The notes under the pieces are model-generated. The model made no database searches, was not told the DNA's origin, and saw only the letters and a list, made by a program, of their open reading frames with translations. A stretch of DNA of 12,027 bases from IMG/VR virus record IMGVR_UViG_3300029567_000182, positions 1-12,027 of that record. One strand, written 5' to 3'. Of the stretch, positions 1 through 6,737 are shown piece by piece. The DNA comes from a virus. Lineage: Duplodnaviria > Heunggongvirae > Uroviricota > Caudoviricetes. Positions within the stretch are counted from its first letter, which is position 1. The number at the start of each line of letters is the position of its first letter. The translations under genes were made by a program, and so were the position numbers.

Positions 1-1039
1 CCCGCCGTACCTGTTCGGCATAAAATGCCCAGTCCCACGGCTGCGCGCTAAACCCGCCTTGCTGCTTATCGATAACCGCCTGTATGGAGGGTAATTCATC
101 GCTAGCACGTTGACGCGCCGCTGGAACAATTTCCCGCATAAAGTTGAGTGCTGCTTCAGGTGTTTTTGCCATCTGATCGGCGATTTTCCATGCGGCATAA
201 TGAGGAAAACCAAGCAGTTTCGCCTGCTGTGCGCGAATCTCTACCAGACGTTGAATGATAGCGCGGGTATCATTGCCATCATTTTTTTCCGCTCGCGTCC
301 AGCCCGCAATAAACAGTTTTTCACGCGTCGCACGATCGCGCATTTCGGCAAGCGCCGGTTGTTGGGTGGTATTCAGCAGCGGAATCAGCCATTTGTTATC
401 CAGACCTTTCTCGCGAGCCGCCTCTGCCGCCAGCGCAATCTCTTGCTCACTCATTCCTGCCAGCTGCGCGATATCGTTCACAACCAGACCGCCGGATTTA
501 TTTGCTGCAAGTAACCGCTGGTTAAACTGGCTGGTCAGGGTCGCAGCTTCTGTATTCAGTACTTTTAATTTTGCTTTATCAGCTTGCGCAAGTTTGGCTC
601 CGGCAAGGACAAAACGTTGATGAATAACCTCCACCAGGCGGATGGATTCACTATCAAGCCCCAGGGATTCACGGCGCTGCCAGACAGCATCTACCCGCGC
701 GAATAATTCACCGTTCAGATAGATATCATTAGCCAGTTCCGCCAGTTCAGCGGAAAACTGTTCATCAAGACGCTGTAATTCATCATTGGTATGCGCCGCA
801 GTCATCGCAAAAAAGACGCTGGTAACGCGGGTAAGTAATTCTCCGCTTTGTTCCAGTGCCAGAATAGTATTGTTGAAATCAGGCGTTTGCGGGTTAAGCG
901 CGATGGCAGCAATTTCTGCCCGCTTTTGCTGCATTCCCTCATCGAATGCCGGGCGATAGTGATGATTGGCAATTTGATCAAAATGAGGAGCCAGATACGG
1001 CAGTGTGCTTTGCACAAGGAAAGGATTCATTGTTGTCAT
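1..1039 (-). CDS. dcp: dipeptidyl carboxypeptidase II (peptidase M3 family), N-terminal 346 codons; 3' end lies beyond the window start
   Basis: Reverse-strand translation from ATG at 1039..1037 reads MTTMNPFLVQSTLPYLAPHFDQIANH..., and at the window edge ...DKQQGGFSAQPWDWAFYAEQVRR, matching the Dcp N-terminus as I recall it. The frame is open to position 1. It is absent from the ORF track only because no stop codon lies inside the window. Confidence 0.92.
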   Translation of the reverse strand, partial: MTTMNPFLVQSTLPYLAPHFDQIANHHYRPAFDEGMQQKRAEIAAIALNPQTPDFNNTILALEQSGELLTRVTSVFFAMTAAHTNDELQRLDEQFSAELAELANDIYLNGELFARVDAVWQRRESLGLDSESIRLVEVIHQRFVLAGAKLAQADKAKLKVLNTEAATLTSQFNQRLLAANKSGGLVVNDIAQLAGMSEQEIALAAEAAREKGLDNKWLIPLLNTTQQPALAEMRDRATREKLFIAGWTRAEKNDGNDTRAIIQRLVEIRAQQAKLLGFPHYAAWKIADQMAKTPEAALNFMREIVPAARQRASDELPSIQAVIDKQQGGFSAQPWDWAFYAEQVRR

Positions 1040-1175
1040 TTTCTTCTCCTGAACGCGAGGTGTTCCATAGCGTAGGCTTACTGATAACGGAGTGCAATCT
1101 TGCAAACCAGTATTACCCGCTCTTAAGCATCACGTGCTATGTTATTGACACACAAAAGCGTTGAGGAACAGTGAG

Positions 1176-1922
1176 ATGATCGTTTTAGTAACTGGAGCAA
1201 CGGCAGGTTTTGGTGAATGCATTACTCGTCGTTTTATTCAACAAGGGCATAAAGTTATCGCCACTGGCCGTCGCCAGGAGCGGTTGCAGGAGTTAAAAGA
1301 CGAACTGGGAGATAATCTGTATATCGCCCAACTGGACGTTCGCAACCGCGCCGCTATTGAAGAGATGCTGGCATCGCTCCCTGCCGAGTGGTGCAATATT
1401 GATATCCTGGTAAATAATGCCGGCCTGGCGTTGGGCATGGAGCCTGCGCATAAAGCCAGCGTTGAAGACTGGGAAACGATGATTGATACCAACAACAAAG
1501 GCCTGGTATATATGACGCGCGCCGTCTTACCGGGTATGGTTGAACGTAATCATGGTCATATTATTAACATTGGCTCAACGGCAGGTAGCTGGCCGTATGC
1601 CGGTGGTAACGTTTACGGTGCGACGAAAGCGTTTGTTCGTCAGTTTAGCCTGAATCTGCGTACGGATCTGCATGGTACGGCGGTGCGCGTCACCGACATC
1701 GAACCGGGTCTGGTGGGTGGCACCGAGTTTTCCAATGTCCGCTTTAAAGGCGATGACGGTAAAGCGGAAAAAACCTATCAAAATACCGTTGCATTGACGC
1801 CAGAAGATGTCAGCGAAGCCGTCTGGTGGGTGTCAACGCTGCCTGCTCACGTCAATATCAATACCCTGGAAATGATGCCGGTTACCCAAAGCTATGCCGG
1901 ACTGAATGTCCACCGTCAGTAA
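1176..1922 (+). CDS. ydfG: NADP-dependent 3-hydroxy acid dehydrogenase, short-chain dehydrogenase/reductase (SDR) family, 248 aa
   Basis: ORF 1161..1922 in the track starts at a TTG; the in-frame ATG at 1176 (MIVLVTGATAGFGE...) preceded by GAGG is the more likely start. Classical SDR features: TGxxxGxG Rossmann motif (VTGATAGFG), NNAG, and catalytic Y-x3-K (YGATK). Confidence 0.92.
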   Translation: MIVLVTGATAGFGECITRRFIQQGHKVIATGRRQERLQELKDELGDNLYIAQLDVRNRAAIEEMLASLPAEWCNIDILVNNAGLALGMEPAHKASVEDWETMIDTNNKGLVYMTRAVLPGMVERNHGHIINIGSTAGSWPYAGGNVYGATKAFVRQFSLNLRTDLHGTAVRVTDIEPGLVGGTEFSNVRFKGDDGKAEKTYQNTVALTPEDVSEAVWWVSTLPAHVNINTLEMMPVTQSYAGLNVHRQ

Positions 1923-1930
1923 TTTTTATA

Positions 1931-1956
1931 CCCGGCGTAACTGCCGGGTTATTGCT
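1931..1956 (+). terminator. putative intrinsic terminator downstream of ydfG
   Basis: Hairpin cccggc-gtaact-gccggg (1931-1948) immediately after the ydfG stop, followed by a T-rich but interrupted tract (ttattgctt). Confidence 0.45.
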
Positions 1957-2010
1957 TGTCACAAAAAAGTGGTAGACTCATGCAGTTAACTCACTCACAA
2001 GCAAGAACGA

Positions 2011-2697
2011 ATGACCGTCGAAACGCAACTTAATCCCACACAGCCTGTCAATCAGCAGATTTATCGTATTCTTCGTCGCGACATTGTCCATTGCCTGATT
2101 GCACCAGGCACACCGTTGTCGGAAAAAGAAGTTTCTGTTCGTTTCAATGTGTCACGCCAGCCGGTTCGTGAAGCCTTTATTAAACTGGCGGAAAACGGCC
2201 TGATTCAAATTCGTCCGCAGCGTGGCAGCTACGTCAACAAAATTTCCATGGCCCAGGTGCGAAACGGCAGTTTTATCCGTCAGGCCATTGAGTGCGCGGT
2301 GGCGCGTCGGGCGGCGAGCATGATTACCGAAAGCCAGTGCTACCAACTGGAACAAAATCTTCACCAGCAACGCATTGCCATTGAGCGCAAGCAACTGGAT
2401 GATTTTTTTGAACTTGATGACAACTTCCATCAACTCCTGACGCAGATTGCCGACTGTCAACTGGCGTGGGATACCATTGAGAACCTGAAAGCGACCGTTG
2501 ATCGCGTGCGCTATATGAGTTTCGACCATGTTTCTCCACCAGAAATGCTGTTACGCCAGCATCTTGATATTTTCTCTGCCCTGCAAAAACGTGATGGCGA
2601 TGCGGTAGAACGTGCAATGACGCAACATTTGCAGGAAATCAGCGAGTCCGTGCGCCAGATCCGCCAGGAAAACAGCGACTGGTTTAGCGAAGAGTAA
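2011..2697 (+). CDS. ydfH: GntR-family transcriptional regulator (FadR-like subfamily), 228 aa
   Basis: ORF 2011..2697. N-terminal winged-helix region typical of GntR regulators (IYRILRRDI...[24 protein letters not shown]) and an all-helical C-terminal effector domain. Matches E. coli YdfH (also called RspR) as I recall it. Confidence 0.9.
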
Positions 2698-2705
2698 TTC
2701 ATTTA

Positions 2706-2737
2706 CTCTCATCCCATCCGGGATGAGAGGCTTTTCC
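2706..2737 (+). terminator. rho-independent terminator downstream of ydfH
   Basis: Perfect 10-bp stem ctctcatccc / gggatgagag with a 4-nt loop (2706-2729), followed by gcttttcc. Confidence 0.7.
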
Positions 2738-2773
2738 CCCCACCTTACGGCTCATGCATGCATCAAAAAAGAT

Positions 2774-2825
2774 GTGAGCTTGATCAAAAACAAAAAATAT
2801 TTCACTCGACAGGAGTATTTATATT
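2774..2825 (+). promoter_or_regulatory. putative ydfZ promoter with an FNR/CRP-type site (TTGATcaaaAACAA, 2780-2793) about 41.5 bp upstream of the inferred start point; -10-like TATTTA/TATATT at 2816-2825
   Basis: TTGAT-N4-AACAA is a 9/10 match to the FNR consensus TTGAT-N4-ATCAA. It overlaps TGTGA-N6-TCAAA (2774-2789), which is CRP-like. The spacing to the AT-rich -10 candidates fits class II activation. Flanking A-tracts. Assigned by motif only. Confidence 0.5.
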
Positions 2826-2874
2826 GCGCCCGTTACGTGGGCTTCGACTGTAAATCAGAAAGGAGAAAACACCT

Positions 2875-3078
2875 ATGACGACCTACGATCGTAACCGTAA
2901 CGCAATCACCACTGGCAGCCGTGTTATGGTTAGCGGCACCGGTCACACTGGCAAGATCCTGTCGATTGATACTGAAGGTCTGACCGCTGAGCAAATCCGC
3001 CGCGGAAAAACCGTAGTTGTTGAAGGTTGTGAAGAGAAACTGGCACCTCTGGACCTGATTCGTCTCGGCATGAACTAA
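2875..3078 (+). CDS. ydfZ: small conserved protein YdfZ (67 aa; annotated in E. coli as a putative selenium-binding protein)
   Basis: ORF 2875..3078 with a strong Shine-Dalgarno (AGGAGAAAACACCT-ATG). Sequence [32 protein letters not shown]... recognised as YdfZ. Confidence 0.88.
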
Positions 3079-3085
3079 GTGTGTG

Positions 3086-3116
3086 AATGCCGCCGATGGC
3101 GGCATTGCTTTTTTTA
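3086..3116 (+). terminator. rho-independent terminator of ydfZ, overlapping the stop codon of the convergent ydfI
   Basis: Stem aatgccgcc / ggcggcatt (3086-3106) followed by gcttttttt (T7 run, 3109-3115). The ydfI stop codon (TAA, 3114-3116 on the minus strand) sits in the T-tract. Confidence 0.75.
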
Positions 3117-4574
3117 CTTCACGGAATATTTCGCCACGGTCGCTTTCGCGCCATGCGCTAATAAAGACAAGTACGCTTCCGTCACTTTTGCAGTAAACAA
3201 GCTATTGTCTGGCAAATCATCACCAAAGATTGCCTTAATCGCCAGCAATGACTGGACGCGCGCTTTCCCTTCGGCACTACTTTGTACAGCCTTCTGAATA
3301 ACAGGTAACAGTGGGTCACTGATTTCTATCGGATTTCCCTGTTCATCAACACCACCGACATAACGCATCCAACCCGCGACGCCCAGCGCCAGCAGATCGA
3401 ACTTGCTGTCATGCGCCAGATGCCAGCGAACAGAATCCAACATCCGCTGTGGCAATTTCTGGCTACCATCCATCGCAATCTGCCAGGTTCGATGACGTAA
3501 CGCCGGGTTGCTATAGCGTGCAATTAATCGGTTAGCGTAATCTTGCAAATCAACGCCCTGCACTTTCAGCGTCGGCGCTTGTTCCTGCAACATCAAGCCA
3601 TACGCCGCATGACGATAATGTTCATCTTCCATACAGTCATTAATGTGCTGATATCCAGCAAGATAACCCAGATACGCCAGGAATGAATGACTGCCGTTGA
3701 GCATGCGCAACTTCATCTCTTCATAAGGCAGTACATCGCTAACCAGTTCTGCTCCCGCTTTTTCCCATTCCGGACGTCCGGCAACAAAATTATCTTCTAT
3801 TACCCACTGGCGGAAAGGTTCACAGGCAACGCCAGCAGGATCGCGCACACCGGTAAGTTGTTCGATTTTCGCAAGAGTATCCTCTGTCACTGCGGGCACA
3901 ATACGGTCCACCATTGTTGATGGGAAAGTCACGTTATCTTCGATCCATTGTGCCAGTTTTACATCAACGGCTTGCGCGTAGGAAGTGACAACGTCACGCA
4001 TAACATGACCGTTTTCTGGCATGTTGTCACATGACATAACGGTAAATGCGGGAAGTCCTGCCGCTTTACGGCGAGCCAGCGCCTCAACAATCACCCCTGT
4101 TGCTGTTTTCGGCTGGTGGGGATTTTGCACGTCGGCAGCGACCATCGGGTGATCGAGCATTAACTGTCCGGTCGCCGGAGAGTGGAAATACCCTTTTTCG
4201 GTGATTGTCAGAGAGACAATCGCAATTTGCGGTTCACACATCGCAGCCAGCACGGTTTCTAAGCCATCTATTTGTACGTGCAAGGCTTTTTTAACGACGC
4301 CAACGACGCGAGCCGTCCACGCGTCGGCCGACATTTCCGCAACGGTATAAAGATTATCTTGCTGTTGTAAATCGGCAATTTGCTGTTCGCCGCCGATTAA
4401 GTTGACCTCATAATATCCCCAGTCACTGAAATGTTCCGTAGCAAGAATATCGGCATACACGCCCTGATGCGCACGGTGAAATGCACCAAAGCCTAAATGA
4501 ACAATTCTTGGGGCCAGGTTATTACGATCATAAACAGGGAGTGTCGCTTTTGCTGATAACAAATTATTTCCCAT
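3114..4574 (-). CDS. ydfI: mannitol dehydrogenase-family oxidoreductase (mannonate/fructuronate reductase-like), 486 aa
   Basis: ORF 3114..4574. N-terminal dinucleotide-binding region ([16 protein letters not shown]) and overall length typical of long-chain mannitol dehydrogenase / UxuB-like enzymes. Recognised as YdfI. Confidence 0.9.
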   Translation of the reverse strand: MGNNLLSAKATLPVYDRNNLAPRIVHLGFGAFHRAHQGVYADILATEHFSDWGYYEVNLIGGEQQIADLQQQDNLYTVAEMSADAWTARVVGVVKKALHVQIDGLETVLAAMCEPQIAIVSLTITEKGYFHSPATGQLMLDHPMVAADVQNPHQPKTATGVIVEALARRKAAGLPAFTVMSCDNMPENGHVMRDVVTSYAQAVDVKLAQWIEDNVTFPSTMVDRIVPAVTEDTLAKIEQLTGVRDPAGVACEPFRQWVIEDNFVAGRPEWEKAGAELVSDVLPYEEMKLRMLNGSHSFLAYLGYLAGYQHINDCMEDEHYRHAAYGLMLQEQAPTLKVQGVDLQDYANRLIARYSNPALRHRTWQIAMDGSQKLPQRMLDSVRWHLAHDSKFDLLALGVAGWMRYVGGVDEQGNPIEISDPLLPVIQKAVQSSAEGKARVQSLLAIKAIFGDDLPDNSLFTAKVTEAYLSLLAHGAKATVAKYSVK

Positions 4575-4620
4575 AACAATTCCTTAAATATAAATATGGC
4601 AAGCTATATGTTTTGTTATA

Positions 4621-4654
4621 TGAATAAAAATCCCCTCTCCGGTAAGAGAAGGGA
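4621..4654 (-). terminator. possible intrinsic terminator downstream of ydfJ (minus strand)
   Basis: Imperfect stem tcccctctc / gagaaggga (4631-4654, one mismatch), followed on the minus strand by TTTTTATTCA. Lies between the ydfJ stop (4663) and the ydfI start (4574). Confidence 0.4.
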
Positions 4655-4662
4655 TTAAGGGT

Positions 4663-5946
4663 TTACAGACTTCTGGAAGGTTGCGCAGCTCTTACAACAC
4701 GCGGTTGATCTTCCGCAGCGTCTTCCAGCGCACTTAAATCACGGTCTTTCACCTCTGGCATTTTCAGCGCAGAGATTAAACCAATCACTGAATATGCCAT
4801 GATCATAATGGCGATCGGATACCAGGATTCCGTCATGGTGCAGAAAATACCCGCCAGGATAGGACCAAAACCGGAAGCGATAAGACCACCAATTTCTTTA
4901 GAAATAGCCATCCGGGTAAAGCGGTTTTTACAGCCGAACATTTCTGCCATGGTAATGTTTTCCAGAGCAAATAATCCCAGCACCGCACAGTTATGAATCA
5001 CAATCAGTGCAACCATAATGGTGCTCGGGGCATAGCTTTTATCTACAATGATAGAAAGCATTGGCCATGCCAGCACAATCGCGGAGGTATTCATAATAAT
5101 ATACGGGATCCGGCGACCAATTTTATCGGATAACCAACCAAGGAACGGAATGGTCATAAAGCCGAGAATCGAACTAATCATCAATGCATCTGTTGGAATT
5201 GCTTTGTTAAACAATAACGTCTGCACTAAATAGCCTGCAAGGAAAGTCTGAATTAACCCGGAGTTACCCGCCTGACCAAAACGCAGCCCTGTTGCCAGCC
5301 AGAAGGATTTGCTCTGGAACATGCTACCAGCAGGTGCAGGTTTTGCTGTGGGTTGGTTGCTGTCATTAACCTTCTCAAAGACCGGGCTTTCTTTCAGATT
5401 CATACGTAACCAGATAGCAAAGACCATCACGACAACGCTCGCCAGGAACGGTATACGCCATCCCCACGCCAGCAGTTCCTCTTTACTGAGAATGAAGAAC
5501 ACAAAGGCCCAGATTGCCGTTGCGCTCAAGGTTCCGCAGTTAGTTCCCATAGCTACAAATGAGGAGATAATTCCGCGCTTACCTTTTGGTGCATATTCCG
5601 CCAGCATCGTACCGGCACCGGAAATTTCCGCACCTGCACCCAACCCCTGAATAATACGCAGCGTCACCAGCAAGATGGGGGCAAAAACACCAATCTGTGC
5701 ATAGGTCGGTAACACACCAATTAAGGTGGTACAGATCCCCATCATGGTGATGGTAATAAAGAGCACTTTTTTACGCCCTATTCTGTCGCCCATTTTGCCG
5801 AAAATAAATGCTCCGACAATACGCGCCACATAACCTGCACCGTAGGTTCCCATTGCCAAAATTAACGCCATTGCCGTTGATGATTCAGGAAAAAATATTT
5901 CATGAAACACTAACGCTGCGCCGAGCGAATATAACTGGAAATCCAT
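4663..5946 (-). pseudogene. ydfJ: 5'-truncated MFS transporter gene (metabolite:H+ symporter family, ShiA/ProP/KgtP-like); remaining ORF 427 codons
   Basis: ORF 4663..5946. The signature G-x-M-x-D-R-x-G-R-K (GKMGDRIGRKK) lies only ~50 residues from the ORF start. The ORF begins MDFQLYSL..., which aligns to the conserved W-Y-D-F block that sits ~35-40 residues into ShiA/ProP, so the N-terminal cytoplasmic segment and the start of TM1 are missing. No Shine-Dalgarno precedes the ATG (upstream is aaaaaatatctatgaatt). Prophage DNA begins immediately upstream. Confidence 0.75.
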
Positions 5947-6164
5947 AATTCATAGATATTTTTTACCATCCTATGGATTTTTGGGCGTTTTCTAAGTTTT
6001 TTCAGATGGTTGTATTTTTTCTAAAAACTCCTGATCTCGATTTTGCTGTTTGTCTGAGGCCTTTTTATGTCCCATATATGCCCCAAGGTGCCCCATGTAA
6101 ATCCAATTCAACTCAAAGCATCCCTGTTCAATATTTTTACAAGGGGCTTGCATATCAGTGTTTT

Positions 6165-6734
6165 TTATTGCGTAACGTCAAACGCTCGGATTGAGCGTAA
6201 ATCCTCCAGATTATTCAGTTCATCCTTCATCTCCCGCTGCCGACGATAAATCTCATTATTGCGATCGACCTGTGCCTGCGCCATTGCTGCTGCCAGTTCT
6301 TCCAGTTCCTGCATTGACAGCGTCACCGGCTGATTATCTGCATCACCCCACGCAAGGGCGGTTCGTGCCGTATCAGATTTTGCGGCCATTACCACCGGAT
6401 AAAGACGGGCCATTGAGTCGGGGCCAGCATTCCAGGTACGACCGTTCCATTCGAACGTGAACGCCTTCGCCTCCTGTTCTGCTCGCCACGCCTCGATTTC
6501 CATCTTTTTGGCATCTTTTGCCGCTGCGATAAGTTCAGGTGTAATGGTGAACGGGGCGATTTCGCCCCATTTGCCGCTCTGTAACTCTTCCCAGATACGC
6601 TGGCCTGTTTCATCCATGTCTTCCGGCGATGCTGTGTAAGGCAAATACTCTTCCACACCGAAAAACAACACCTCACAATCCACAGCGCCATTTTCCAGCC
6701 TGCATATCTTTTTAATATCTTTTATTTTCATCAT
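6165..6734 (-). CDS. putative tail fibre assembly chaperone (189 aa), not of the lambda Tfa type
   Basis: ORF 6165..6734. Its ATG is 3 nt downstream of the stf stop (TAG-CTG-ATG-ATG), implying translational coupling. It occupies the position of tfa in lambda-like phages. The C-terminal half (FTFEWNGRTWNAGPDSMARL...W..DADNQPVTLSMQELEELAAAM...) resembles the conserved pattern of DUF4376-type tail-fibre-assembly proteins as I recall it. Function assigned mainly by context. Confidence 0.6.
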   Translation of the reverse strand: MMKIKDIKKICRLENGAVDCEVLFFGVEEYLPYTASPEDMDETGQRIWEELQSGKWGEIAPFTITPELIAAAKDAKKMEIEAWRAEQEAKAFTFEWNGRTWNAGPDSMARLYPVVMAAKSDTARTALAWGDADNQPVTLSMQELEELAAAMAQAQVDRNNEIYRRQREMKDELNNLEDLRSIRAFDVTQ

Positions 6735-6737
6735 CAG

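Noticed and set aside
110-620. ORFs 110..514 + and 255..620 + (134 and 121 aa)
   Set aside because: They are antisense or out-of-frame within the verified dcp coding sequence and have no start-site signals or recognisable protein features.
1145-1150. TTGACA hexamer as the -35 element of a ydfG promoter
   Set aside because: It lies only ~25 bp upstream of the ydfG ATG with no credible -10 element at proper spacing before the ribosome-binding site. The promoter cannot be assigned from sequence alone.
1161-1175. TTG start at 1161 for ydfG (MRNSEMIVLV...)
   Set aside because: The in-frame ATG at 1176 has a better-placed GAGG and gives the canonical SDR N-terminus, with the glycine-rich motif starting at residue ~6. 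The upstream extension is likely an ORF-caller artefact.
3079-3297. ORF 3079..3297 + (72 aa) and other antisense ORFs inside ydfI, ydfJ and J (e.g. 3687..3920, 5309..5650, 10110..10406, 11283..11564)
   Set aside because: All are embedded antisense or out-of-frame in genes whose frames are supported by recognisable protein families. No independent evidence of coding.
6059-6075. String gcctttttatgtcccat resembling the lambda att core (GCTTTTTTATACTAA)
   Set aside because: Only a loose resemblance. This phage sits in ydfJ, not at the lambda attB, so a different integrase/core is expected. A T-run next to GC is too common to be informative.
5973-6249. Small plus-strand ORFs at the prophage end (5973..6194, 6067..6249) as candidate accessory genes
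   Set aside because: No ribosome-binding sites, low-complexity Phe/Leu-rich translations from AT-rich DNA, and overlap with the 3' end of the chaperone gene on the other strand. More likely non-coding att-region DNA.
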